A DNA stretch of 45,778 nt from the IMG/VR virus record IMGVR_UViG_3300035148_000140, positions 1 through 45,778 of that record. The stretch is one strand, 5' to 3'. Each line of letters opens with the position of its first letter. Position 1 is the stretch's first letter. Below the pieces are notes generated by a model that saw only the letters and a list, made by a program, of their open reading frames with translations, did no database searches and was not told the DNA's origin. A program made the translations under genes and the position numbers. Positions 20,501 to 30,456 of the stretch are shown one piece after another. This DNA comes from a virus (lineage: Duplodnaviria; Caudoviricetes).

Positions 20501-23500
20501 GGCTTCTGGCCGGCGTCGATCGGACGGAGGAACCCGGTGCGCGGATCGTCCACGATCCACCACGGGACCAGCGCCTCCTGCGTGGTGATCGCGCGTGGCG
20601 TCACCGACAGGCGTCGGGCGTAGTCGGTCATCTGGTCGGCCAGTGTCGGGTCGGCCACGAACACCCGCTGCTTGCCACCGGCCAGCCACGTCTTCACCGT
20701 CGCCTCGTTGGCGCGGATGAGGTCGGGCCGGGGCACCGACATCAGCATCTCGTCGAACGCCTGGTCGACGTCGGCCACGGGCGGCAGGTACGACGTCGAG
20801 TAGACCCGCGTCGTCTGGTCGCTGACTTCCCGCTTGGCGCGCACCGAGGCAGGGGTCGAGGTGACCGAGCCGGTGCTGCGGTGGTACGCCGCGAGGTCTT
20901 CGATCAACCGATCTTCGGCCTCGTCCAGCGTGGTGAACAGCACCTTGGGCACGGTCGGGTCGCCCATGAACTGAGCGCGGGTGCCCATCTGGTGCTCGAT
21001 GTCGGCCAGCCGCCCGTCGATCGCGTCGAGCTGCTCGTAGAGCTTGGTGCGCTTGGCCAGGCGAGCCTGGTTGCGGGCGCTGTTGGGCTGGTAGCGCGTC
21101 CCGTTCTGGATCCGACGGGTGAGGTCGTCCTCGGCCAGCTTGAGCTGGGCGGCGAGCTTCTCGCGCTGCACCTTGATGTCGGCCATCTCCTGCTGCAGCC
21201 CGGCGTAGTGCGGATCGCTGTAGGTGATGGCCGAGTCGTAGTGGTCCCACTGGGCGAGCTGGTCGGTGTTGGCTCGGATGCGGGCCCGAGCGGCGTCGAT
21301 GGATGCCTGCATGCGCGAGATCTGCTTGTCGTAGTCGTCGACCACGTTGAGCTTGTTCTCGATGCGGTCGAGCTCGTCCTTGATCTGCTCGCGGGTCATG
21401 TCCGGTGGGCGCAGGTCCGAGGTCAGCGAGTCGAGGCGGCCGATCTCGCTGTGCAGGTAGTCGAGGTGCTCGTCCAGATCGGCCAGCGCCGGGTTCTGCT
21501 CGTCGTGCGCCCACATCTGCTCACGGGCGGTCGTCGTCTCCTCGAGGTCTTGGCGCAGCGCGTCACGGCGCAGGCGGTTCATCTCCTCGATGGTGATGTT
21601 GCCCGGCGTGTCGAGTTCGTCCCACGTCTGCAGGTCGATGCGGAGCTCGTCGATGCGGGCCTGGTCCTCGGGCGTGTGCGTGGACCGGCGCTTGCGCGGG
21701 GCCGGGATCACGGTGTCGTTGATCTTCGCCTGGTCGGCGGCGATCTCGGCGCGCAGCTGGTCGCGGGTCTTGCGTGGCGGCTTCACCGCTGCAGCCCGCT
21801 GGCTGGGCGAGTACGGCTCGTTGCGGACCTGAGCACGTAGCTCGTCGAAGTCGATCGACTTGAGGAATCCGGTGTCGGGGTCGACGCCGCGCAGTAGTGC
21901 GTTGAACGCCCCGGCCTCGTCCTTGGCCAACGACTTCGACAGGGTGCGAGCGCTTTGCATCACGTCGAGGAGCTGACCGGAGCGCATCGACAGACTCATC
22001 TGGTCGGGCCGCCATGCCTCGAAGTCGTCGAGCCACTTCTTCGTCACCGCCAGCGCGTCGTCCCAGGGGATCTCGTCACCGATCTGCGGAAGCAGTTGCA
22101 ACAGCTCGTCAGCCATGCCGGATGGGATGTCCATCTGGCGGATCATTCGCCGGAAGTGGTCGGCCTTGGTGCTGCCGACCATGTTGTACGTCATCAGCCG
22201 CAGCTGAGGCGGCAGGGCTGCGACCTTGCTGAGGACATCGACCACATCCTCGGAGAGCATCCGCTCCGGCATCACCCGCGCGATCGTCGGGGCGATCACC
22301 TCGGCCACCTCGGGCGACTCGAACGGCTTGCGGATGTTGCCGTGCTTGGCCTGGGCGTAGCCCTCCATGCCGGGCGTGACGAAGGTGTGCTGCGTCCGGT
22401 CGATGATGATCTCCTGCGGGCGCAGGACACCTCGCTCGTCGGGCTCCCACGCCATCTGCATCTCGCGCGAATCACGCTCGGTGGACCACGGCCCGGTCTG
22501 CACGGCCCCGGCCTCGCGGGCCATGATCGTCGCGTAGTGCCGCTCGTACTGCATGGCCGACTCGACCAGATCATCGGAGACACCGCCGAGCATCATCCGC
22601 CGCCACGAGTACTGCGACCCGTAGATCAGTGCGTTGACGCCCGTCTCGAGGTTGCGGGAGAACCGCTCGGTGAGCTCACCGACGTCACCGAGCTTGCGCC
22701 ACGGGAACGGGTCGTACTTCGCCTCGGCCAGCATCGGCGGGGTCCAACCGAGTCCGTTGTCGAGCGAGTCACGGATGAACCGGCCGTAGTTGTCGATGTA
22801 CTTGAGCGTCGGCTGTGCCCAGTTCCACTGGTCCAGCTTGCGTGCCAACGGCGCGACGTGCGCCGGCAACGCGCCACGGCGCAACGCGGCCAGCTCTTCG
22901 TCACTGAGTTTCAACCACTGCTCCGGGGGAAGGTCGAGGTTCCTGAGCTCCTTCTCCCGCGCCTCCTTCCACACCTCGTGCTGTGCGAGGGAGTCGGCGC
23001 CGAACTGCTGGGCGATCTTGCCCAGGCCACCACGGAGCATGAAGTTGAAGCCCTCCTCGCCACCCGCGCGCAGGACGAATCCGAAGCGCAGGAGGACGGC
23101 AGGCTTCCAGACGTTGTTGAAGAACGCCCCGACCCGACTCTCGTCGGCAATGCCGAGCAGTGAGGCGACGAAGTTGGTCGTCGTCATCCGGCGCAGCTCG
23201 CTGAGGTTGGGGATGAGGATCTCGGCGGCCATGTCCTGCGGGAACAGGCCAGCGGTGAGCGCCTTGCCGGTCTTCGGGTCGATGAAGTCGTCGACCATGC
23301 CGCCGCCGTAGATGTGCTTGGTCAGCTGCAGGTAGCGGTCGGTGAGCTGGCTGCCGTACTCGGTGGAGCGCGCCCCGCCGAGGGTGAGCATGTCGTCGAG
23401 GAACGAGCGCACGGCCGAGGCCCGGGTGCCGATGTCCTGGCTGCCGAGGATCTGGTCGCGGTACATGCGCCGCATCCACTCGGGCATGCCGGTCATCTGC

Positions 23501-25497
23501 GCCATCTCGGTCAGGGCCCGCACGTCGACCGTTGCCCGCTCGCCGGTGAGGGCGATGGCGTTGCGTTGCGGCATCAGCGTCGAGATGCGATCAGCGAACT
23601 CGCCCATGTCGCGCACGATCGGGACGTGGCCGAGGCGACGGCCGAGGGTGCGAGCCATCGGGTTCGCCTCGTTGTAGAGCCACGGCGTGGTGATCAGCCC
23701 CGACTCCTCGATCTGGCCGATGAGCTCGGCGGGGATGATCCGCCCGAACCCGGCCGGGTCGGCGGCGGCCCGCGCCTCGATCCACTGGCGCAGCTGGCTG
23801 TCGGTGAACCCGCTGGCCCGCCCGTCGCGCCCGGCGCGGCGCATCGCTCGGAGCGTCATGTCGCCTTCGCCCCGAGCGAGGATCTCCTGTTCGCGACGGA
23901 TGTCGGTCAGGCCGTGGGAGAACGAGCGCAGGCTCGATGTCGCCTTCTTGACGCCGCTCTCGATGACGCCGATCTCTTCCAGCATCACCCCGCCCTTGAT
24001 CCCGCGCACCGTGCCGGCGCCCTTGAGGATCGGCTCCATCTTCACGGTGCCACGCAGCCACTCGTTCATGTCGGCCACGGTGAGCACGCCGGAGTGGCCC
24101 TGGTCGATGAGCATGCGCCGGTAGTTCGCGAGCGGCTCCCACAGACGCGACGTCGATGTGGACATCCTGTGGATGAGCTCGTAGTCGTTGGTGTTCACCG
24201 ACTTGATCAGCAGCTCGTGCATCCGCATCACGCCGGGGTTCTTCGTCTGGATGTCGACGAACCGATCGAACGCCGCCATCGGGTCGAGGCCACGGATGCC
24301 GAGGCGCTGCATCTTCCAGGTGTTGCGGACGTAGCCGGCCGCCAGGGTCGGGTCGAGGGCGACCTGCCACAGCGCGTCCATGCTGCCCGAGACGAGGTTG
24401 TAGACCGACGAGCCGTACTCGAATCCGGCGACGTTGGCGATGTCCCGACCGAAGCTGATCTTGCCCTTCTGCAGCTCGAGCACGGCCTGCTGGAACAGCG
24501 GCTGCGACATCAGGTCGACCATGACCCCGGCGATCATGTTGTGCTGCGCGGAGCCCGGCGTGGCGAGCTCGTTGGCCATTTCCAGCGCGGCGCTGACCTG
24601 TGCGTTCTGGCCCTGGACGCGTTGGCCGACGACGTCCACGAGGAACTCGTCGATCTGGAAACCCGAGTCAGCGATCTGCATCGCCAAGGTCTGCAGCTTC
24701 GGGTTGCCGAGCAGATCCTCGGCACGCTTCATCGCATCGGGGAGGAACGTCCGCTCGCCGTTGCGCGAGTCCATGAACGCTCGCGACCAGTCCTCGTAGT
24801 TGGTCAGCGCCGCCGTCGCGGTCGCGCCCGCCAGCGCGCCGAAGCCGATCGTGGTCAGGGCCGCCAGCGATGCGCCTGCCGTCACCGGAGCGAGGGCGAA
24901 CGCAGCGGCGACACCGAGCCCTGCGCCGATCCCGGCGATCCACTGGTCGGCGTCGTCCATCATCCGCAGCGTGCGGTAGAAGTGGGCCGGCTGGTCGCCC
25001 ACCCAGGCGAGTCCCTCGAAGAGCGGCTCGACGACCGGCTTGGCCACCGCGCCGAGGCCGTTCATCGGCAGAGCGATCAGATCGGTGACGGGCGAGATGA
25101 GCTTGCCGAACGCGCTCTCCTCGCTCTCGGGCGCGGTGTAGCCGACCTCGCTGAGTGCGCCACGCTGGGCGTCGGAGAGCTTGCCGTAGAGCGCACGCTG
25201 CGTACCGGGGCTCAACCGGGAGAGCGTCTGCTGCAGCTTGTCGGCGGCCATCATGCCGCCCATCGCTCCGGCCGACTGGGCGAGCTCGATCGGATCGTTC
25301 GTGGACATCGCGATCGAGCGGACGAGGTTCGGGTCGTTGGCGATGTACGGGTTGCGCTGCGTCACGATCTTGACGTTGTTCGCCATGTCGATCGGCTGGG
25401 TGGCGCGCCGCACCACGGCGACCTGCGACGACGCCGGCCGGAACGGGTTGACCGGGTTGACCGGGTTGACCGGGAGCTCGGCTTCGTCGATGCTCAC
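17572..25497 (-). CDS. 2641-aa large internal virion (ejection) protein
   Basis: Size, position after the portal, hydrophobic Gly/Ala hairpin near the N-terminus, central coiled coils, PFWYAEENFLKRWAR segment. Confidence 0.7.
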   Translation of the reverse strand: MSIDEAELPVNPVNPVNPFRPASSQVAVVRRATQPIDMANNVKIVTQRNPYIANDPNLVRSIAMSTNDPIELAQSAGAMGGMMAADKLQQTLSRLSPGTQRALYGKLSDAQRGALSEVGYTAPESEESAFGKLISPVTDLIALPMNGLGAVAKPVVEPLFEGLAWVGDQPAHFYRTLRMMDDADQWIAGIGAGLGVAAAFALAPVTAGASLAALTTIGFGALAGATATAALTNYEDWSRAFMDSRNGERTFLPDAMKRAEDLLGNPKLQTLAMQIADSGFQIDEFLVDVVGQRVQGQNAQVSAALEMANELATPGSAQHNMIAGVMVDLMSQPLFQQAVLELQKGKISFGRDIANVAGFEYGSSVYNLVSGSMDALWQVALDPTLAAGYVRNTWKMQRLGIRGLDPMAAFDRFVDIQTKNPGVMRMHELLIKSVNTNDYELIHRMSTSTSRLWEPLANYRRMLIDQGHSGVLTVADMNEWLRGTVKMEPILKGAGTVRGIKGGVMLEEIGVIESGVKKATSSLRSFSHGLTDIRREQEILARGEGDMTLRAMRRAGRDGRASGFTDSQLRQWIEARAAADPAGFGRIIPAELIGQIEESGLITTPWLYNEANPMARTLGRRLGHVPIVRDMGEFADRISTLMPQRNAIALTGERATVDVRALTEMAQMTGMPEWMRRMYRDQILGSQDIGTRASAVRSFLDDMLTLGGARSTEYGSQLTDRYLQLTKHIYGGGMVDDFIDPKTGKALTAGLFPQDMAAEILIPNLSELRRMTTTNFVASLLGIADESRVGAFFNNVWKPAVLLRFGFVLRAGGEEGFNFMLRGGLGKIAQQFGADSLAQHEVWKEAREKELRNLDLPPEQWLKLSDEELAALRRGALPAHVAPLARKLDQWNWAQPTLKYIDNYGRFIRDSLDNGLGWTPPMLAEAKYDPFPWRKLGDVGELTERFSRNLETGVNALIYGSQYSWRRMMLGGVSDDLVESAMQYERHYATIMAREAGAVQTGPWSTERDSREMQMAWEPDERGVLRPQEIIIDRTQHTFVTPGMEGYAQAKHGNIRKPFESPEVAEVIAPTIARVMPERMLSEDVVDVLSKVAALPPQLRLMTYNMVGSTKADHFRRMIRQMDIPSGMADELLQLLPQIGDEIPWDDALAVTKKWLDDFEAWRPDQMSLSMRSGQLLDVMQSARTLSKSLAKDEAGAFNALLRGVDPDTGFLKSIDFDELRAQVRNEPYSPSQRAAAVKPPRKTRDQLRAEIAADQAKINDTVIPAPRKRRSTHTPEDQARIDELRIDLQTWDELDTPGNITIEEMNRLRRDALRQDLEETTTAREQMWAHDEQNPALADLDEHLDYLHSEIGRLDSLTSDLRPPDMTREQIKDELDRIENKLNVVDDYDKQISRMQASIDAARARIRANTDQLAQWDHYDSAITYSDPHYAGLQQEMADIKVQREKLAAQLKLAEDDLTRRIQNGTRYQPNSARNQARLAKRTKLYEQLDAIDGRLADIEHQMGTRAQFMGDPTVPKVLFTTLDEAEDRLIEDLAAYHRSTGSVTSTPASVRAKREVSDQTTRVYSTSYLPPVADVDQAFDEMLMSVPRPDLIRANEATVKTWLAGGKQRVFVADPTLADQMTDYARRLSVTPRAITTQEALVPWWIVDDPRTGFLRPIDAGQKPAAWVASNDEVVQMRLRDVAGASSEKEAAQDWAERMVAYMRNEWTYGTRSVQVPKQRPLVQPRVEVMADGTSRTVTHETGLYAANPRQTEYTQIEPGTRFTEDRIVFDRDNKRISVGDPEYFDNVVINQDREAKLMWEVLGPIVEDYHDELLGAATYIPKEAARKVKGELVPSGDLIRRFRSSAEDLNKLDMPLESYATRELRKAKKKDSLWNRITRWGFDDVIGPALEAMVRKPMALHHFHERYQMAKSLNWWRVDEGAIKAVEDTLSRVYVQAKEIDPEDLDSMLKSMRQVIASEGDASALKWTNTQTAAWINGHEPEEIVRFAQSAQRRAARAERTAKRGGEAWQRSQLTGVASKQLLARDPEVFRTVFAPNTRAEDFLAYIRKTIDPDSMRSVELLRNVNKEAIEADPILARMSDEDWKNVVTLHKNLAAIEKEAGDYAAIAGIEDMMPFIDSHEIRSQWAQVVKPLMPFWYAEENFLKRWARTVMLDPTVIRKGQLAVMGLKNVGAVREDESGKQWFVYPGGTLFADVLRWLPFTPNDMPTEFMFQTPLNQLLPGLNGSFGTPSFSPFVTVPLDALSSGFAELQPLERAVSGDLAANRAAWRHLVPSFLVNTAEAMFSHETPRMASSMMTSMALQDAYGMGLQDDATPGQIDEYLDRTRNQARIISLGQALLQFFTPGPPSAVQDKEQPFFAIGGIDPKQMFTATYQAMIQEFGIEEGTLRYLQLYPNHGLNDIINPRALTVAQSESTSGAPIPPTEEALSFYNANKSTMEEFPDAAPWLLPQDGGGQRVSYVQDQQYAVGLRRQRTPEEFLRALKYKQAAGRYFEQRDIYLNYVGQAREAKDEDAVRAANSAWSQWADIYKRNNPIFREELEFGDGRLTRERVIDQMRVIVADPAAPQAAHIEQLRVMMANFDNYQSILQQYASDNSNDATLIKEQAKTAFKAWAEDYVEANPMIEGFWLSVIRPESRFE
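25445..25474. repeat. 9-bp tandem repeat (GGGTTGACC)x3 encoding PVN repeats
   Basis: Seen directly. Confidence 0.9.
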
Positions 25498-25919
25498 CCG
25501 CGCACCTTTCGGGCCAGCTCGGAGAAGTACGGATCCATCGTCTCGAGCGAGAGCCGTTCCAGCAGATCGAGGGCCCGGTTGCCTCGCGATGCCTGGGGGA
25601 GCACCTCGGGGCCGGGGCCGGGGCCGAGTCGCTGACCGGCGGTGAGCGGACGCCCGGGGGTGGGCGGCTGGTGGAGGAGGCCGGGTCCGCCGCTCATCGC
25701 CTGGGCGATGGCCATCAGATCGGCGGGCTGGGCCTGGACGTCGTTGGCGGGAGCGACAGGCTCGGGTGCGCCACTGGGTTGCATGGCCGCCCGGTTGTCG
25801 GGCGTGGGCATCGCCTGCTGCATCTCGGTGGTCGCGATCTGCTGGCCGTACTGCTGCGGCGGGATCGGGTTGACCGGCATGGCCGGCTTGCCCGACTGGG
25901 TCTTGGCCTTGCGCGGCAT
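25494..25919 (-). CDS. Pro/Gln-rich protein downstream of the portal
   Basis: 141-aa ORF abutting both neighbours; QYGQ and PLTAG..GPG motifs. Confidence 0.7.
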   Translation of the reverse strand: MPRKAKTQSGKPAMPVNPIPPQQYGQQIATTEMQQAMPTPDNRAAMQPSGAPEPVAPANDVQAQPADLMAIAQAMSGGPGLLHQPPTPGRPLTAGQRLGPGPGPEVLPQASRGNRALDLLERLSLETMDPYFSELARKVRG

Positions 25920-25920
25920 G

Positions 25921-27765
25921 TCAACGTGCCGCCATCTGTGCCATCAGCGCCCTCATGTTGCTGACCTCCCCGAACGGTTGGATGCCTGGCTCCGGTGTCT
26001 CCGGCGGTGGTGGCGGTGCCGGCTGCTGCAGCGCGGCCGGACCTGCGGCCATGCCCGGCATCGACTCCGGTGGAGCGATCATGCCTTCCGGCGCGGGCGG
26101 GGCCTGCGTGGCCTGCTGGGCGCGCATCTGCTCGTCCACCAACGCCATCGCCTTGAAGATGTCCGAACCGTCACGGATCTCCTTGACGAGCATGCTCACC
26201 ATCGGCAACGGGAGCTGGCCGTTGACGAGCTGCTGCAGGAGCGACTGCTGCAGCGCCTCCTCGAACTGCTCGACCTGCACGAGCTGCTGCTCGTCCTCGG
26301 GATCGTCGATCCACGGGTGCTTGGTGCGGAACGTGTCGAGGCTGATCCCCTTCGTGCCGAGCATGGAGCCGAGGATCTGCGTCAGCTGGATGATGTCGGC
26401 CCCGGGGATCGGGTAGGTGACGGTGTTCTCCAACGTCTCGATGTGCTCGGACGGGGTGAACTCGATGATGCCCCGGTCGCCCGCCCAGCCCGAGAACACG
26501 GTGAACTTCTGATCCGGCCAGTAGCCCTTGTAGGTGGCGAGGATGACCGAGTTGAGGTGCGGCATCCACGCCTCGCTGATCTCGTGCATCTCCTGAATCC
26601 GAGGGTCGACGGCGATCCCGGCCAGGGCGTCGATGCCCCGCCCGGTCCGCAGCGCGCCGTACGTCTCGCCGCCGAACTGGGGGACGAGGCCGGTCGAGGT
26701 GCGGAAGTTGCGCTCCAAGCGGTCGATCAGTTGGCTGGTGCGCTGGTCGGGGGTGGAGCGAAGCATGCCGATCGAGTCGGCGTCGACGATGATGTTGGCG
26801 TCGCCCTCGCGGCCGTCCTTCCACTTCCCGCCGAGGATCGTCGGCATGCCGCCGTCGCGCGAGCCGAGGATGTAGAGGTCGGGGAAGATCGCCTTCTCCT
26901 GGGCGAGGATGTCGAGCGCCATCAGCTTCGCCTGCAGGTCCACCGAGCCGAGCATCGACCCGATGCGGCTGGCGATCCCGCCGAGCGAGACGTTGTGCGG
27001 GACGACGGCCGGGCACAAGCCGGTGCGGTTCGGGGCGGCCGGGCCGAGCTGCATGTATGGCGACTGCGCCCAGTGCGAGTCGATGTGCGCCCCGTACTGC
27101 GACACCGGGCCGACGATGCCGAAGACGATCTGATCGTGGTCGATCCACTCGGCCACGTCCCACAGCTCGGTGGTGTCGGTCGGGGTGATCAGCCCGCCGT
27201 TCTCGGAGCGGGCCCTCGGGAAGTTGGCGCGCAGCGCCGCGCCCGAGTGACGGTTGATGAAGGCGACGTAGCCGGGAGGGCGCACCTCCTCGTTGGCCTG
27301 CGGTTCGACGAACGTGGCCAGCGGGTCGCGCACCTCGAGGCGGGGGAGCTCCAACTTGAAGTCGGGGATGACGACCAGCGAGCCGGTGTTGTAGGCGGCG
27401 AGCTGGCGGTAGAACCGCCGGCGGCCGAGCGACCACTTCGACTGGTGGTAGGTGGCGGCGATGATCTTGCGGCGGGTGACGGCGTACGCCTGCGACCGCT
27501 TCCCCGTCTGCTTGTTCGGCTGCAGCGCCGGGGTCGTCACACGCGGCCGCACCGACGAGGCCCGCAGCGCCATCGAATCCACGGCCTCACCGATCAGCGC
27601 CGGGGTCAGCGGCGGCAGGTTCGGCTCGTTGGAGATGTCCGGCATCGGCAGGATCCAGTCGCCGTTGTACCGGTCGAGCACGTCACGCATCCCGCGCAGC
27701 GTGGTCGACTGGACCCGCTGCATGTCCTGAATCATGCGGACGATCTCGTCGAACGACCTGGCCAT
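25921..27765 (-). CDS. Portal protein
   Basis: TGATG overlap with TerL; about 614 aa; directly after the terminase; Gln/Pro-rich C-terminal tail. Confidence 0.8.
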   Translation of the reverse strand: MARSFDEIVRMIQDMQRVQSTTLRGMRDVLDRYNGDWILPMPDISNEPNLPPLTPALIGEAVDSMALRASSVRPRVTTPALQPNKQTGKRSQAYAVTRRKIIAATYHQSKWSLGRRRFYRQLAAYNTGSLVVIPDFKLELPRLEVRDPLATFVEPQANEEVRPPGYVAFINRHSGAALRANFPRARSENGGLITPTDTTELWDVAEWIDHDQIVFGIVGPVSQYGAHIDSHWAQSPYMQLGPAAPNRTGLCPAVVPHNVSLGGIASRIGSMLGSVDLQAKLMALDILAQEKAIFPDLYILGSRDGGMPTILGGKWKDGREGDANIIVDADSIGMLRSTPDQRTSQLIDRLERNFRTSTGLVPQFGGETYGALRTGRGIDALAGIAVDPRIQEMHEISEAWMPHLNSVILATYKGYWPDQKFTVFSGWAGDRGIIEFTPSEHIETLENTVTYPIPGADIIQLTQILGSMLGTKGISLDTFRTKHPWIDDPEDEQQLVQVEQFEEALQQSLLQQLVNGQLPLPMVSMLVKEIRDGSDIFKAMALVDEQMRAQQATQAPPAPEGMIAPPESMPGMAAGPAALQQPAPPPPPETPEPGIQPFGEVSNMRALMAQMAAR

Positions 27766-29582
27766 CAGCGCACTCCTGTCGGCAGGATCAGCCTTGTGCC
27801 GATCGGTGCATAGGGTAGGCCCTGTCGCTTGAACGAGCCCGCATGGTGACGATCGAGGGCCTGCGACTTCCATCGGGCCTGCCACAGAATCCAGATGAAC
27901 CACAGCGCCATCACCCGGTCCATGCGGAACTTGTTGCCCCGCTGGCCGGGACGCCAGGCGCGCAGCTGGCGGACGAGCTCACCGATCTCGTGGCGGGTCA
28001 GGTCGTCCTCGGCCCACGGCAGGATGATCTCGCCGTTGAGGAACGAGGTGACCATCGAGGGGATGCCGATGTTCTCGTCGTACTTGTTGCGCCCGGTGAG
28101 GTGGGCGCGGGTGGCGAAGCCGTACCGTTCGCGCATGTCGGCCAGGCGTTCGTCGTTGGCCAGGCCCTTCTGGAAGTTCATCGTCTCGATGACCAGATCG
28201 GTGAGCCGCCCGGTGAGGTTGCACCAGCGGACGACGGACTCGACTTCGGCCATGATCTGCTCGTTCTGGCGCAGGCCCGACTGCTCACGGATCATGCGGA
28301 TGATCAGCTTGTTGTCGGCGGTCACCTCGCAGGCCATCACGCAGTTCTGCCCGCCGAGCGCCGGGTCGAGCCCGGCGTAGACGATCGCCCCTTCGGCCAC
28401 GTGGTGGTGCAGGGAGATGAGCGGGTTCAGCGATCGTTCGATGGCCTGGTCGGTGAACGTGCGGTCCTTCGGGTTGGAGCCCGGGTTCTGCATGTAGTTG
28501 CGGTCCCACGCCTCGTCGCCCACCTTGCGGCGCATGCGGTCGAGCTGCTCGAGGTCGTAGCGTTCCGGCCACAGCGCCTCCTGCTCGCCGGTCAGCGTGT
28601 TGGTGCGGATCGCCGGGAAGCGGATGACGCGCAGGATGCCGTCGAGGCCGGGATCGTCGGCCAGGCGGGAGTAGATGTCGTCGGGCCCGACACGCGTCCC
28701 GGCGATCGTGGTGATGCCGTACTCGCCGGGACGCGACAGCGCGTCCTGGCGGACCCAGTCCTCCATCTTGTCGGTCTGGTTCAGCGTCTTGGTGGACTGG
28801 ATGTCGTCGAGGTGGAGGTGATCGGTGCGGGTCGAGACGATCGAGGAGTTGAAGCCGAGCGCCTGCACCGAGTAGTCGCGCTCGTCGGAGCGTGATTTCT
28901 TGGCCACGTTGAAGTACTGCGCCCCCCACGGCTGGGCCATGTGCGCTTCTTTGGACAGCCCGGCCATCGGCTTGAACGGGCCGAACGTGCGGACGTACTC
29001 GGGGAACGGACCCTCCGGTTCCATGCGCGCCTTGAGCCGGCCGAGGATCTTCTCGGAGATGCGGAGCGACTCGGAGCCGATCGTGATCCGGTAGTCCGGT
29101 CGGGTGGCAAGGCGCTCGGAGACGAAGTTCTCGAACGTCGTCGTCTTGCCGTGCTCGGGCGGCCACAGCGTCATCAGCATGTTGCCGGGCGGGGTGCGTT
29201 CCAGCTCCTCGATGAACTCGAGCTGGTGGCGGGCGTAGGCCATGCCGAAGAAGCGCAGCGCGAACGCAGCGTGCGACCCTTCCCAGTCGGCCATCAACGC
29301 CTGACGACCGGCTCGGGCGAGGTCGCACTCGGCGGCGAAGCGGCGATCGCGCTTGCGCCACTTCAAGTAGGTGTCCTTGCGGATGCCGACCTGGGCGACG
29401 GCGTCCTTGACGGCGATGCCCGAGCGGAGCAGTTCCAGCACCTGGGCGCGACGCTCTTCGCCCTCGTAGAAGAGCCGATGCCGACCTTTGATCGACTGGT
29501 CGCGGATGACCTTGCCGACGCTGGGAACGTCGAGGTCGTCCTCGCAGCCGGGCACGTCGTTGAGTTGGCGCGCGTCGGTCAT
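27765..29582 (-). CDS. terL: Terminase large subunit with an N-terminal HTH extension
   Basis: Walker A PPEHGKTT, Walker B LHLDD, GTRV..DIY, LWPER, YMQNP, nuclease GLDPA and MDRVMALWF. Confidence 0.93.
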   Translation of the reverse strand: MTDARQLNDVPGCEDDLDVPSVGKVIRDQSIKGRHRLFYEGEERRAQVLELLRSGIAVKDAVAQVGIRKDTYLKWRKRDRRFAAECDLARAGRQALMADWEGSHAAFALRFFGMAYARHQLEFIEELERTPPGNMLMTLWPPEHGKTTTFENFVSERLATRPDYRITIGSESLRISEKILGRLKARMEPEGPFPEYVRTFGPFKPMAGLSKEAHMAQPWGAQYFNVAKKSRSDERDYSVQALGFNSSIVSTRTDHLHLDDIQSTKTLNQTDKMEDWVRQDALSRPGEYGITTIAGTRVGPDDIYSRLADDPGLDGILRVIRFPAIRTNTLTGEQEALWPERYDLEQLDRMRRKVGDEAWDRNYMQNPGSNPKDRTFTDQAIERSLNPLISLHHHVAEGAIVYAGLDPALGGQNCVMACEVTADNKLIIRMIREQSGLRQNEQIMAEVESVVRWCNLTGRLTDLVIETMNFQKGLANDERLADMRERYGFATRAHLTGRNKYDENIGIPSMVTSFLNGEIILPWAEDDLTRHEIGELVRQLRAWRPGQRGNKFRMDRVMALWFIWILWQARWKSQALDRHHAGSFKRQGLPYAPIGTRLILPTGVR

Positions 29583-30244
29583 GCCGCCGGCAGGTTGACG
29601 ATCTGCTCGATGATCAGCACCGGATGGGCCGGGTCGGTGGTCACGTCACGGCGGGCGTAGACGACGGTCGGGCCGGTGCCCGGGGCGACGTCGCGGCCGT
29701 ACTTGACCCACTGGCGCATCGTGGTCGCCGTGACATCGGTGCCGGTTGCACCCTGCACCTTGCCGAGGTGGCCGTTGTCGTCGAACCACACCGCACCGGC
29801 ACCGGTCGGCAGGTCGTTCCACGTCGGGTAGACCGCGCCACCGGGCCCGGCGACCGTCGCCAGGGCGAAGTTCATGACGTGCACGGCGTCGTCAGCGAGG
29901 ATGCCGCCGACATCACGGACGCGCTCGAACGACCCGCTGTAGTTGTCCACCTCGAGCGTGCCTTCGGCGACGACCGGAGCAGCGGGAGTCTCCACGCCGC
30001 CCGCTTCCAGGGCGGTGATCCGGCCATCCAGCCATGCCAGCCAGTGGACGAGATCGCTGGCCGGATGGCGGGTGGTGAGCAGCGACGGATCACCGATCTC
30101 GTTCTGGATCTGGCCGGAGACGAGCTCCTGAATCTGGCGCAGCGTCGGGAACTTCGTCTCCCCGGCGCCGTCGGGGTCGGTGATGACCGGGAGGCGGTCA
30201 CGAAGGGTGACCTTGGACGGCCGGGGGAGCGAGCTGGCCCCCAT
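29579..30244 (-). CDS. Hypothetical (possibly virion) protein, 221 aa
   Basis: ATG at 30244 with GGAGG RBS; overlaps the TerL start (ATGA). Confidence 0.7.
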   Translation of the reverse strand: MGASSLPRPSKVTLRDRLPVITDPDGAGETKFPTLRQIQELVSGQIQNEIGDPSLLTTRHPASDLVHWLAWLDGRITALEAGGVETPAAPVVAEGTLEVDNYSGSFERVRDVGGILADDAVHVMNFALATVAGPGGAVYPTWNDLPTGAGAVWFDDNGHLGKVQGATGTDVTATTMRQWVKYGRDVAPGTGPTVVYARRDVTTDPAHPVLIIEQIVNLPAA

Positions 30245-30432
30245 CAGTCCTCCCAGACCGACTTGCCACGGTTGACCACGTGCTGCGAACCGGCCGGGGC
30301 AGGAGCCGGGGCCGCTGCGACGGGCTCGGGCTCGGGCTCGACCTCGACGGTGATCGGGCGGGGCGGTGCGTCCAGCAGGTCGTTCTCCTCGTCGGCGGGA
30401 ACCGGCTTGGTCGGGGCCTTCTTGGTCGTCAT
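30244..30432 (-). CDS. Small Pro/Glu-rich hypothetical protein
   Basis: AGGAGG RBS; stop overlaps the next start. Confidence 0.7.
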   Translation of the reverse strand: MTTKKAPTKPVPADEENDLLDAPPRPITVEVEPEPEPVAAAPAPAPAGSQHVVNRGKSVWED

Positions 30433-30456
30433 GGCATCCTCCTGTGTTCGCGACGA

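Noticed and set aside
7075-25635. Very long + strand ORFs (1150, 853, 1481 and 773 aa)
   Set aside because: Antisense shadows of real minus-strand genes in high-GC DNA; Arg/His/Val-biased composition, no motifs or RBS
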